Assembly (NCBI GenBank): GCA_951406725.2
Contig: OX597826.1
Coordinates: forward strand, 83,638,001 to 83,702,000
Source of the DNA: Octopus vulgaris
Taxonomy: Eukaryota
Direction: 5' to 3'
DNA: 64,000 nt
In this document: positions 1 to 12,513 of the stretch, piece after piece
Layout: each line of letters opens with the position of its first letter
Numbering within the stretch: position 1 is the stretch's first letter
Made by a program: the position numbers and the translations under genes
Notes under the pieces: model-generated
Told to the model about the DNA's origin: nothing
What the model saw: only the letters and a program-made list of their open reading frames with translations
Database searches by the model: none

Positions 1-390
1 TTGCATCAAGCACAAGAAATATTAATTTTTCTAATTCTTGATCAATGAAGGAGATAATGTGTAATGTGTTGTATATCAATTAAACATGTCAATCATTTAA
101 AAATATTTAATTAATTACAAACAACAGCAGGTGGCCAAATCATTAAGTTGTCATGTCAGGCTCTGAGAAAAAGAGATCCTGCTAGTTTGAATTTTGTTCC
201 CATGAGACCGATACTGTTTTAATGTCTCTAAGACATTAAATGGTTGAATGAGCCAAAAATGGATCCTCTAATTGGTTGACCAGTTGCACAGCATACAAAA
301 TATAGCAGCAAAATATATATCAGATCATCATACTCTACTGAAAAGGAAGGACATATGGATAATTATAGATAATGATGTTCTAGATATATA

Positions 391-440
<50 letters not shown>

Positions 441-449
441 CACACACAT

Positions 450-1445
450 TATTTGATAAAATCAGTAAATATTTTTATGAGCTACTAATAGTTTCATTCG
501 ATGGAGACTACTAAAACAACATTTTATAACATGTCTGGTGCCTTCATGCAATCCTCAGGCTCTGCCCACAAGTTAGGATAATAGAGCAAGAAAAAATACA
601 AGAAAAGACAAGAAGAAAGTACATGTAAAAGGTGAAAAACGAAAGGAAAAGGAAAAAGAAATAGACAAAAGAAAAAGTAAAAAGAAAAAGGTGGGATTAG
701 AGTTATGTCTCCTTGGACCATAAAGTCATAATACTGAAGAGATAGGAGCCTAGGGTCTGCAGTACAGCTGCTCAATCCAGTGAAGGTGGTACTTTCCAAT
801 TCACCAATAGGAACTTGTCCATATGCTTATATCCACTGAAAATTTCAGATCTGGAATTCAGCAGTGCAGTAGAGTTCTTAGTTTTGAAAGGGATCTATGA
901 TCTTTCAGCTACACACAGCTTGCATTTTTTTGATTCATTGACATATGATGTAAATTTTCAACTATTTTCCACTTGATTGCATGCAGTGTGGCATTAGACT
1001 TCAAATTCTGCATGTGGCTAGCCAACTTAGTGGTTTTATTTTTGTCCCAGTGCCAGAAAGAAGATATGTGGTTAGCCTAGTAATTTTTTATATTGCCTTC
1101 ACATAACCCAAAGTAATTCTTCTTTTTGGTTATGTTATCATCTAGTATTGTTCTAGCTTCTACTTCATATATGATAAATTTAATTATGCACCCCTGGTTG
1201 AGTAGACAAATTCCTGGATTTCAACAGTTACACCTGGGAATAGTCTCTTGCTGATGCTTGCATGTAATAATGCTCTTCAAATTGAAGCAGCAGCTACATG
1301 ATAATTTGACCGAGTGCCTCTTGAATATTTTTCTGTACCTGTGATTTAAGGGAAAATGTTTGTCTAAGATAAACAGGTATCTTTTAATTATGTTGTTTTT
1401 AACATTAAGGGAAAGGTGTGGGCAAACCAAATTACTCTACTGGGT
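450..1445 (-). mobile_element. Degenerate Penelope-like element 3' part (RT C-terminal linker, GIY-YIG endonuclease, 3' pLTR)
   Basis: ORF 1221-1430 (LDKHFP..HRYRKIF..SVKLS..CNC) continues through stops and frameshifts as IIYEV..YFGLCEG..IKWKI..KCKLC..LNSRSEIF..KFLL. It is collinear with the 36836-37570 protein and ends beside (TA)n at about 394-436. Confidence 0.8.
513..563 (-). ncRNA. Degenerate type I hammerhead ribozyme motif in the PLE 3' region
   Basis: Minus strand reads AGAGC CUGAGGA UUGCAUG..CAUGUUAU AAAAUGUU GUUUU. AAAAUGUU is GAAACGUU with two transitions. It lies about 230 bp past the EN ORF, like the 37767 motif. Confidence 0.4.
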
Positions 1446-1524
1446 CTATTTTTAGGTGTTTTTGTTACTCATATCATTACTAGGGGGGGGGGGGGCTGTG
1501 AATTAATTCATCGTTAAAGTCACT

Positions 1525-1853
1525 ATTGGTCAGAGCATCACATGACCAACCAGTGCAATCTTCTTTCCTTGCACACTGCATCTAATTCCTCTTGTGCCTA
1601 TCTTCTCTCTCAATACACTAGCACTTTGTCACGCATGTACACTTAAATTACATATCCAGTAGAACATACTAGCCTCATGCCACCCCCTCACCTTCACATG
1701 TCCCCTGCATTCAGGGTTCACATCTCAACAACCATGTAGAAATGCACATGCGGAATAAAAACCTTCCTTTTCAATCAGAGAGAGAAACCTTTGGTTGCTA
1801 AGGGAGGTAACAGCTCTCTGAATTTTCTCCTACTCATTCTTATTCTAGCTATT
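1525..1853 (-). mobile_element. RTE LINE ORF C-terminal fragment
   Basis: IARIRMSRRKFRELLPPLATKGFSL matches RIRIAWAKFRKLLPLLVTKGLSL of the 55229-55873 ORF. Confidence 0.75.
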
Positions 1854-1866
1854 ACACACTCACACG

Positions 1867-1927
<61 letters not shown>

Positions 1928-1931
1928 ACAT

Positions 1932-1996
<65 letters not shown>

Positions 1997-2165
1997 GTCA
2001 TACATACATACACACATAGATACATGCACATACACATATTGCATACATGCATGTATGTATACATACATATATGCACACACACACATACATATATGCACAC
2101 ACATATATACACACATACATACATACATATTACACATACACACATATGCATACATGTACATATTA
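1853..2165. repeat. Compound microsatellite (CA)n/(TA)n/(GATA)n/(CATA)n
   Basis: Seen directly. Confidence 0.97.
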
Positions 2166-2679
2166 TATGGATAAATTTTGACCAGAGAACCTCATTCAGA
2201 GTAGAGTTAGATGAGGTCTTTAGACATTACTGAAGCTGAAAGACTGCTTAAGTTTCAAGTCGATGTTTATAAGTTGTACTGAAAAGGAGAGAAATTTATG
2301 TTTGTTTTAACAGTTTTTCAGGCTGAACGCCAACAATGTTAGCAAGAAAGTTAAAGAATGAATGCTAGAAAGACAAGAATAGGAGATTATAAGAGAGGTT
2401 GTGAAATGTATGAAGAGCAATGACTCATGTGTATTGCAAATCGGATAAAATTCCTTGGGTTGTTCTGCATAAAGAATGGATATTTGTAAATAGATGTAAT
2501 CAAGTAAAAATATTAACACACACGTGCACACATACTCACAATAATATATAAATATAGGTGCATGGATACATTTCTATCTGTTTGAAAGAAATATTTATTA
2601 ATTGTAGGTTTAGAGATTGTGCAAGTCTACCCAGCAATGGGAAAATTTCAAGAGTTAGAATATATTATTCCATATGAAG

Positions 2680-2862
2680 ATGGCACGTCTGTGCAGGTGG
2701 CACGTAAAAAAACACTCACTATACTCGCGGAGTGGTTGGCGTTAGGAAGGGCATCCAGCCGTAGAAACACTGCCAGATCTGACTGGGCCTGACGAAGCCT
2801 TCCAGCTTCACAGACCCTAGTTGACCCGTCCAACCCATGCTAGCATGGAAAGCGGACGCTAA

Positions 2863-2893
<31 letters not shown>
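2680..2893 (+). mobile_element. RTE 3'-end / RTE-tail SINE copy with (GAT)n tail
   Basis: GTGGCACGTAAAAA..GGTTGGCGTTAGGAAGGGCATCCAG..CCCATGCTAGCATGGAAAGCGGACGCTAAA(TGA)n. Matches the 3' UTR at 60013-60213 and is near-identical to the minus-strand copy at about 51130-51325. Confidence 0.9.
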
Positions 2894-2894
<1 letters not shown>

Positions 2895-3009
2895 GATATC
2901 TATAAATATTCAGGCAGTTACCAGAGTTTTTTTTTTTTTAATCTATATTAAATCGGTATCCTTTGCATCGTTCAAAGCCTGCCTTTTCTTATTTCATTGA
3001 TATATGGCC

Positions 3010-3900
3010 TTGGTGTTTCAAGGACTCTTGGTCTAATGTTTAATTATCATAGACATGAATAGATTTTGAAGGGTCAAAACCCCACATCTGAAGATAAACA
3101 AAGACAAGACCTTGCAGAATGGAAAAGGTTAAAACCCAACTCTGCAAACAGCTTGGAATTGGAATATTTAGTAGACACTCTGATGTGGATAGATATATTC
3201 TAAGCCTGTGGAGAATTCTGCCATCTCTGGCAGCAACCAACTCCAACAAATGAATTCACAGCATCCTGGATAAGAGCTGACAATTCTCCTAGCAATCACT
3301 AATGACTCATGGGAAGCTCATCCATCCAATCACAGTTCTAAAAGTGGACACGAGAAAGATGAAGACCAGATGTTGATTCAATGTTTGACTTTGAATTGCT
3401 AATCTGTTCATGTGTACAAGAGTCTGCCTTAGCATTTATACCATTCTTGGAAAGGCGCTGGGAAATTAGTTTAGCCTGGAGATTATGCAGTGCGTGACTA
3501 AACCAGCACATTTTGTCCAGAAATTGAAAAAGAAATCAATTAGGTAATGATGAAGTTTGGAATTCCTTGATAATGTCATATAATCAAACAAGACAAAATA
3601 ATTAAAGGTTGGTATGCTTTATATCCCAAGAACACTAAATCCATGTTTGGCACTATTCAGATTTACGAAGCAACCATGTTTGTGCCAGATGAAATTAATG
3701 TAAAAGACAACTTTTTCTTATTTTGTTGAGTTGGAAGAACATGGCAGATTGTTCGCAGATTTCACTCCATCAAAACCTCCCAAAGGAATGTTAAATTTAC
3801 CAGTTTTGCCTTTCTTAACCCAACAAGCATCCTCATTAAAGAGGAAAGAGCTGTGTGGATGATAATCTGAAGGTTACTCTGTGTGATGTTTGTGTAGGGT
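3010..3900 (-). mobile_element. Highly degenerate DIRS-like RT/RNase H remnant
   Basis: Minus-strand motif remnants VFLGY (~3630), IHLLELVAA (~3240) and SIHV..DQES (~3040) occur in the order of DIRS FLG / HINxLELxA / AxHIPGxxNxxADxxSR. Confidence 0.4.
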
Positions 3901-4103
3901 TTGGCAACTTAGATCACTTTTAGAAGATCTTCTCCGTATTAAAGAGTAATGGAGTTAGCTGTGGCACAAGATGTGACATATACATGCATGCTTGTGTGTG
4001 TGTGTGTGCGTGTGTGTGTGTGTGTGTCTGTGTGTGTGTGTGTGTGTGTGTGTCTGTGTGTCTGTGTGTGTGTGCATACAGACATATTTGCTTATGTGTA
4101 TAT

Positions 4104-4104
<1 letters not shown>

Positions 4105-4138
<34 letters not shown>

Positions 4139-4300
4139 TGTTCCTTTCTGGCTTGGGTTGGACGGTCTGACAGGATCCAATGTGTCCAAGGACTTCATTG
4201 TGCTCCATTTGTCATCCTTAGCATTGTCTCTACTACAGCTGGACGGCCTTCCTAACAGCAACTGCTCTGAGAGTGTGGACCGGATGTTGCTTTCCTGCCA
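4105..4300 (-). mobile_element. Older RTE-tail SINE/3' end copy with (ATC)n
   Basis: (CAT)n followed by GGGTTGGACGG..CAGCTGGACGGCCTTCCTAACAGCAAC. Confidence 0.7.
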
Positions 4301-5779
4301 TGGACATTAGTGAGGTCACCATGCAGTTTGCAAGACTACAAAACCGAAGGGTGTTGGGGGTGGTTTTGTGCTAGGGGCTGAGGGTTAAACGATGAGAGAA
4401 AGGGTTGGCATAGAGCAAGTTGTTGCTGTTGTGGGAGCTGCATGGCCACTCACATTTGAAGGGGAGAAAGGATCAGTTATAGCTGTGAGGGCATAAATAG
4501 GAACAATGGGGTGTCTTGGTGACCCCCATCAAGGTACAAATTGAGTAGGGGAGAATGGGGGACAGAAGAACTAGGAGTGTGGGTGGGTGGGTGGGGGTTT
4601 GCAAAAGTATATAGATTGGGTGGGGGCAAGAGATAGGGGAAATGAGAGAGTACAGGTGAGAGATTGGGTAGGGATGACGGGTGGATGGAGGGAGTAATGG
4701 GTACAGAGGTGGTGGTGGTGGTGGTGGTGGTGGCCTGCATGAGTCAGGAAAGGTGGAGAGCAGGAGCAGGGGAGAGCAGTAAGAGTATAGTAATGATGAT
4801 ACAGATGAGAGTGGTGGAGGGGGAGGGACAAGAGAGATGTGATGGGGTTGGGTAGGCTGCAGGGGATGGGGAGAGAAAAAGCAGAGAAAGTGTAGGAGAA
4901 GAGGGAGGGAGTTGGATGGGGATGGAAGGGGATGATCAGTGTAATGTGTGAGTGGAGAGAAGAATATTAAGGGAGGAAGAATAATGGTTAACAAGTGGAA
5001 TGGTTCCAGGTAACAAGAAAAAATAAATAGGTGTCAGGGAAGGGTTTTGGTGGTAGTGGTGGGTTGAAGGGGAGATTGGTGGAGGCAGGGGGGGGGGGCA
5101 TTCGTGCATTACATAGACATGTGCTTGTGGTGTGTATGTGTGTGTGTATATCACATTTTGTGGGAATGAATTAAGCACTTTGGTGTTTTCACCCAAAACA
5201 AAGAACACACGCACACACACACCCCTCGCATTGCTTCCTCTCCGGTTTCACTTAATGGCAGGTGAGGCAGTTCCATTGTCGTTACTAATGTTAGATTAGT
5301 GATAATAGGTTCAAGATAAAGGTGAGATAATAATGTGTGGTAAGGCTGATAACTGCTTCGAGAAACTGAGACGTTACATAATGCAAGTGGAGGTAGTGGT
5401 GGGGTGGCGGCAGTGGTGGTGGCGGTCACCATTACAGTAATAATGGTGGTGGTGGTGGTGGTGGTGGTGGTGTTTGTTGTGATAGTGTTAGAGATGGTAT
5501 AGAAGGCAAACATGCAAATATTTGAACCAAGGAAAGGTAAGACAGCCAAGCGCTGACAGTCTAAGTTCCTGAGAAATAATTCAACAGCAGGATGCATTCT
5601 TGTGTCAGATACCATTCTGTGTGATACCATGATGGTTGTTGATGGCATTGTGTTCTGATATTTGATTAGCATCACAATATGCAATCATAGATAGAAGACT
5701 AGTGTTGGGGCTGTTTACACATGCACTGAAACGCACACACACACACACATACATACTCATATACACACACACATGTGCT

Positions 5780-5827
<48 letters not shown>

Positions 5828-6046
5828 TATGAAACATCCTGGCAATGGCCATGATGTAGCACAGTAAGAAGCACCTCAACAGCATGTATAACGACTGGGA
5901 AATAATTGGGTCACTGGAACATCACCAGAAACTTCATCTTTTTTCAATGCTATCAAAGTACATTTTCTTCATGTACATGTGTGTGAGTGAGCGTACACAC
6001 ACACGCACACACACACACACAGATATATATATATATATATATATAT

Positions 6047-6500
6047 GTGGACCAGCTATTCGAGTTGACAGTACCTTGATAGATAAAGCAATTAAAAGTA
6101 TGAAGACAAGTATGACTCCTTCATGCATCACCTGGTTAACTTTACGGTTGACTAGGCTATAGCTGACACTACCAGATATTTTGAGCATCTCTGCAGTAAT
6201 TCCTGATGGGTCTGGGGCTTTATGCGAGGTCGTTGCCAGTGCCGCTGGACTGGCTCCTGTGCAGGTGGCACATAAAAAGCACCAATTGAGCGTGGCCGTT
6301 ACCAGTACCACCTAACTGGCCCTCATGCCGGTGGCACGTAAAAGCACCCACTACACTCTTGGAGTGGTTGGCATTAGAAAGAGCATCCAGCTGTAGAAAC
6401 TCTGTCAGATCTGATTGGAGTCTGGTGCAGCCATCTGGTTTGCCAGACCTCAGCCAAATCGTCCAACCCACGCTAGCATGGAAAGCGGACGGATGATGAT
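6047..6500 (+). mobile_element. Rearranged RTE fragment: sense RT piece, inverted RT piece, then 3' UTR
   Basis: Plus GPAIRVDSTLIDKAIKSMKT (6049-6108), minus KAPDPSGITAEMLKISG..VI (6112-6221), then the RTE 3' UTR to GAT repeats. Confidence 0.75.
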
Positions 6501-6589
6501 ATATATGTACATACACATATATATATACATATATATATGTGTATGTATATATATATATATATATATTTTTCCAATACATATATAATTCT

Positions 6590-6812
6590 TTAAATTGTTT
6601 CAGCTTTAAAGCTGCATTCACGCTAGGGCATCATTATATATATCCTTGAAATATGAGACTAGAAACAGCCAACAACTGATGAAGGGTTCTTTATGTTTGT
6701 TTTGTTTTCCATTTGTGTCTTTTGTTGTTTGAAAGAATAGTTTATGTTCAATGTACTCGTGCATCGTACTTTTTTGCTGTACATGTTTTGTGATATCCTG
6801 TGCCCATATATG
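6590..6812 (+). mobile_element. Short (TA)n-embedded repeat with degenerate permuted-hammerhead motif
   Basis: CCTTGAAA..ACAACTGATGAAGGG, a T-rich stretch, then CCTGTGCCCATATA. Same layout as the 35225, 36335 and 38920 copies. Confidence 0.6.
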
Positions 6813-6819
6813 ATATATA

Positions 6820-6884
<65 letters not shown>

Positions 6885-7055
6885 ACAAAGTGAGATAGGG
6901 GTTATGCGTGTAACCCACTATGGGATATCATTTATCCAATATACTGCCAGTAAAGTACCCAGAAGGCTAACACATAAATGCTAAGAATTGCAATGCAATT
7001 AATTCATTTATTGTATTATATGGGCGAAGGTAAAATGTTTTACCTCAAATTCATA

Positions 7056-7252
7056 ATACAAAATAAGAAAATGGAGGAATAGATTTCTTTCAATCATCAA
7101 CTTCCAGATAATACCAATTCATATAATTTATTAACTAATTATTTGGATGTTCCTATTTAATCTAAATAATTAGTTAATAAATTATATGAATTGGTATTAT
7201 CTGGAAGTTGATGATTGAAAGAAATCTATTCCTCCATTTTCTTATTTTGTAT
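7056..7252. repeat. Perfect ~89-bp inverted repeat with ~19-nt loop
   Basis: 7056-7144 is the reverse complement of 7164-7252. Confidence 0.97.
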
Positions 7253-7293
7253 ATATATATATAAATATTTACATATACGTATGTATATATACA

Positions 7294-7328
<35 letters not shown>

Positions 7329-7456
7329 TATATTATATATATATATATAATATAATATAATATAATATAATATAAATAATATATATATATAGATGCATAT
7401 ATAGATATGTATATGTAAATACTTACATCTATATATATATAGAGAGAGAAAGATAA

Positions 7457-7519
<63 letters not shown>

Positions 7520-8454
7520 TGTGTGTAATTTTTCAATGTGTACAAATAACATAGAAAAAAATAAATAAATTATTACCAGGGTAGCAAGAATTCATAAAAG
7601 TGCCAAGGATGTTACAGCCAACTTATAAAGGTAGAAGATCCAGTCCAGAGTTTAGTGAAATGTTTTTGTATAACATAAATAAATGAAGAATTCCTTGAGT
7701 CTCTCATCTTTCTGACTCTTGAAATGTCATGGAAAGAAACTCTGTGTTATCGCCTATTATGTTAATGACCACTCTGCATTTTGTATTTGAAGAGACCAAT
7801 GAAACAAAAACGTGACAATATTCTGAGCATGACATAGTCAATGTAAACCATTGATGGTATGGCTGTAATCCAATGAAAGAAGAAGAATACGTATAGATTC
7901 TATGAGCTGTCCAATAAAGCAATGTAAAGGTGAGCTTCTGTTGTGCAAAGAACACATCTGGAATTACCAAGAACCCTAATACAGGTATTCTGTAACCATG
8001 AAAACAACAAAAAGAGCTGACATACTGATTGCATGACATGGAGGTCTGTTCCCTAGAAGACAAACAACTCGACATATCCTCTAAAACTAGTTACTCGGGG
8101 TTGACAAAATCACTTTTGTAAAATACTTCTACAAACACACACCACTTTGTTTCATCGATGTCATCTAGAAACTGCTTCATTACTCTTCAAACATATTTGG
8201 AAATTAAGCAATGCAAGAAGGGAAATTTTTGACAGAAGGTCAGCATTAAGGAAAGACCTAAGTCTTGTAACTTCTGCCTCACATCATCAATAACATTATC
8301 AGTCAACCAATTGCAATCCTGAACAAAAAATACTAGTTATGTCTTAATTTGGTGCCATGACATGAAAGAATCACCTAAAACTCCAATGAGCTGAATAACT
8401 ATGCAAACCAATTAGTTAAATATGAGTTTTCAATTACAAAGCTCTTTTGGTCAT

Positions 8455-8493
<39 letters not shown>

Positions 8494-9474
8494 AAACATT
8501 TTCCTTATGAGAGACTTGAAGTAACATAGGATCCCTTTCTTTTTCCTTTCTCTCTTTTTATGTGTGGTTCTGTGTGTGACAATATTTTCCAATTAATGCT
8601 AAATGGAGGATTTTTTTATTTTAATGTCCATATATGTTTGAATATTGAAGTGTCATTTTCCATGTTTGTGTTGCGAAATGTATGTGTGTGTTGGTTGTAT
8701 CTTAAACTAGTTTGCTGTAGATACTCCTAAATAAACACACCTAATCACAAAGTCTTACATGCTCGACGGAACATTTTCCTAAAAGAAACTGGTTAAATCT
8801 CTTAACTAACACTAGTAACCAGCAAAAGAATCTGCTGACAACTGTCCTTTCTGTTTGATTACATTCTTTTGTGACACCTTAAAAACTCCATGACCAAAAG
8901 CTGACACACCTAAATACTTAATTATGAAGTTTTACATTCTGGACTGAACTCTAAACTATAGTCTCATCATCCCCAAAACAAACAGATTAAATCTCCAGTT
9001 AGTGTCTAGACAGAATCAACAATAACTAAAGCTAGCTACAACTAATCACTTCACTGCTGACATTCTTTTGTGTACCCTAAAACACAACCCAAAGACTCGA
9101 AGGCGATACACCTAAATAGAGACACCTGATGAAAAAGTGCAACATAGATGACTGAATTCTGAAAAATAACACAACTCTAAAGTCAATCAATAAAAATCTT
9201 TCCATCATAACCTAGACTCTGACCAAATTATTATTGGAAAGAGCTCCACCTATTCCAGAAAAATTAAACTTACAAGAGACTTTATGAAGTCAAGATGAAC
9301 CCAAATGTTTCACAAAATCTCATGAAACCTTACAAAGCTGAAACTTCGTAATCACTGTCAACATTAATAAAGGAATAATGAATATGTATTCTTGAAATAG
9401 AATGGAGTAATCTTTCAGTCTCATGAAAAAATTGTTTTTATTATATCTTAACATAAAAATAAACATTAATGTGT

Positions 9475-9517
<43 letters not shown>

Positions 9518-9787
9518 GTGTGTGTGTGTGAATGAATAAACCTGTATGTAGTTACATGATCTGCTAGAAATAGCAGTCAAATCCCTCTCAGGAACACATT
9601 GAACACATAAATCTAGAAGTATTACACCTGAAAAATTTATTAAACAAGGGATGAATTCTTCTCGACCACCTTTCATCAGGGATCTGCTTGATGAGAGCAG
9701 AAATGGGGTCAGTCAACAACAACGATATAAACATAAATACTTTTTCATAAAATAAATTTTGGCGGGAGGTACATATAACAGGTGCTT

Positions 9788-9935
<148 letters not shown>

Positions 9936-10860
9936 AGATAATATTGGTTAAACATGTTTTCTCTGATGGCCTGATTTTTACTAGTTTACTCCAATTCCTA
10001 TCACCAACCACTTTACAGTGAGGGCTGGTGGGGGCTGGAGGGCTGGGGGACTAGGGGATGGGACTGGGGGGGAGATGGAGGGTGAGGGCTGCAGGCTGGG
10101 TCCATTGTGTTGTAACCACCAACACCAGAGACATATCCTCCTTTGAGAATTAATCTTCCTTCTTTAACCTATATATATACATGTGTGTGTGTGTGCGTGT
10201 ATATATATATGTACGTATGCTTTTATATATATATATGAATTTATGCACACACACACATATATATATACACACACACCCACACATGCATATACACATAAAC
10301 ACATGCATCTATTTTCAAAACAGATATTTTACCCCACCCCCATCGACAAGTGTGTGTGTGTGATTGTGTGTGTGTGTGATTGTGTGTGTGTGTGATTGTG
10401 TGTGTGTGTGTGTGTGTGATTGTGTGAGTGTGTGATTGTGTGTGTGTGTGTGTGTGTGTGATTGTAAGAGTCTCTTTATAGAAATACAACAAAAGCCAGT
10501 TTTTCTCAAAACCTTTCTGTAGAATCCAACAATTTCATCTTGAAATCCCATTCACAAAAGAGATGAAAATATTCCAGTCTGGTTTCCATTAGAATTCTTA
10601 ACCAAAAAAAAACGAAAAAAAGTGGAAGGAATTTTTCCTTTCATTTCATCTTGAAACACTTCAATATTCCAACAGAATAACATTTCATGTCATCACCATT
10701 ATTTCCCCCCCCCCCCGTGTCTTCCCCCCACTCCCAACCATTATGCCATCAAACCCACCTTCCCACCTTTTTTTCCTTTTTTTTTTGGAACTGATTTATC
10801 AAAGATTGTGACTGTAAGGTGTTTTGCGTTCTTCATATTTTTTGCCTTTTACAGTTTCAA

Positions 10861-10864
<4 letters not shown>

Positions 10865-10929
<65 letters not shown>

Positions 10930-10970
10930 CTCTCTCACTCTCTCTTTCTCTTTCTCTCTCACTCTCCTCT
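10865..10970. repeat. (CT)n microsatellite
   Basis: Seen directly. Confidence 0.97.
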
Positions 10971-11261
10971 TTCTCTTCTTCCTTACATTCTGTCTCTGTT
11001 CCATCAATATTTTCCTCTCCTTCCTTATCCATTTCTTCCCTTTTTTCCAATATATTCCTTCATCCTTCAGTGCCTCTTTACCATCATTCTTCTTCTCTCT
11101 CCGTCTTCTGTTTTTTGAATCTTCCACTCACTCTCTCGGGCTTTTACCCTTTCAGACCTTCACATTTTTCCAATTCAACCTACATCTATCTCTAGCTTGT
11201 GGAAAACCTCTTCACTTTGATCTGACTGAGTTAAAGAGACAGAAAGATAGATATATTTATG

Positions 11262-11440
11262 TTATCATCATTATCGTTTGATGTCTGTTTTTCCTGCTGG
11301 CATGAGTTGGCTGCTTTGACAGGATCTGGCAAGCCAATGAGCTGCACCAGGGTCCAATTGTTTTGTTTTGGCAAGGTTTCTGCAGCTGGATGCCCTTCCT
11401 AATGCCAACCACTTTACAGAGGGTATTGTGTGCTTTCATC
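11262..11440 (-). mobile_element. RTE-tail SINE/3' end copy
   Basis: CAGCTGGATGCCCTTCCTAATGCCAACCAC with an ATCATC tail. Confidence 0.75.
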
Positions 11441-11520
11441 ATTTTAGATCTTTTAGGTCAAGCTTTCATGAGTTGGGCAGATCTTCTCCAGCACAATATG
11501 ACCACACCAAGTGTTCTTCT

Positions 11521-11623
11521 GTCATTGAAAGGACCACCTTTTCTGCTCCTTTGTCATTGAAGGGGCCACCTGTTGTGCTCCTTTGTCATTGAAGGGGCCA
11601 CCTGTTGTGCTCCTTTATCATTG
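11521..11623. repeat. 32-bp tandem repeat x3
   Basis: GTCATTGAAGGGGCCACCTGTTGTGCTCCTTT-type units start at 11521, 11553 and 11585. Confidence 0.9.
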
Positions 11624-11734
11624 ATGTGAGTGGTTAAGGGTTTATTTGTGAGCTTGTGAATGGGAATTGATACACTGATGATCCTAGGTGATTGATGATT
11701 AATTGACCAAGTGATTAATCAAGGGTTAAGTTGA

Positions 11735-11885
11735 TTGTATCCTCCCAGTAATCACTTTATTGACCCTGAAAGGATAAACAGCAAAGTTGTCCCCAGCAGA
11801 ATTTGAACTCAGAACATAAATACAGACAAAATACTACTAAATGTTATGTCCACGACAATAATGATTCTGCTTGTTCACTGCTTTG
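11735..11885 (-). mobile_element. tRNA-derived SINE, family B
   Basis: GACCCTGAAAGGAT..GCAAAGTT..AGAATTTGAACTCAGAAC (B-box GAGTTCAAATTC on minus). Family also at about 21550, 28150, 29865, 43580, 44562, 53590 and 59051. Confidence 0.75.
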
Positions 11886-12015
11886 AAACTAGTTGACTAA
11901 TAATAATAAAAGAAGTCAAATGAACCAGTGTGTGTATTTATTAGTGGCATAATGAACCTCCCAAGATACAATGAAAAAAGACAACCCTCTTCTTCTTAGA
12001 ATGCAAATAGTAAAA

Positions 12016-12181
12016 AGGCGTAGGAGTGGCTGTGTGGTAAGTAGCTTGCATACGAACCATATGGTTCCAGGTTCAGTCCCACTGCGTGGCACCTTGGGCA
12101 AGTGTCTTCTACTATAGCCTCGGGCTGACCAAAGCCTTGTGAGTGAATTTGGTAGATGAAAACTGAAAGAAGCCCATCGTA

Positions 12182-12222
<41 letters not shown>

Positions 12223-12249
12223 TTATAAATAAGGATATATTTTTAGTTT

Positions 12250-12282
<33 letters not shown>

Positions 12283-12508
12283 ATATGTATGTATGTATGT
12301 GTGTGTATATGTTTGTGTGCCTGTGTTTGTCCCCTGACATGCTGATGTGTTTACATCCCTGTAACTTAGCAGTTCAGCCAAAGAGACCAATAGAATAAGT
12401 ACGAGGCTTACAAAGAATAAGTCCTGAGGTTGATTTGCTCAACTAAAGGTGGTGCTCCAGCATGGCCACAGTCACATGACTGATACAAGTAAAAGAGTAA
12501 AAGAGTAA
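12016..12508 (+). mobile_element. tRNA-derived SINE, family A, with internal (TA)/(TG) microsatellite
   Basis: A-box GTGGCTGTGTGGT, B-box GGTTCAGTCCC, CCTTGGGCAAGT core, and 3' GTGCTCCAGCATGGCCACAGTC..(AAAAGAGT)n. Confidence 0.9.
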
Positions 12509-12513
12509 CACAT

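Noticed and set aside
4350-5100. Purine/G-rich tract as a Pro-rich gene or G-quadruplex element (also 26200-26590 and 61260-61790)
   Set aside because: It recurs beside old repeat copies and is best explained as decayed repeat or low-complexity DNA.
7201-7232. TTGATGA..GAAA in the hairpin arm as a hammerhead
   Set aside because: The core is mutated and stems II and III are too weak.
9121-9172. ACAC-CTGATGA possible hammerhead
   Set aside because: No convincing stem II, stem III or UH plus stem I partner.
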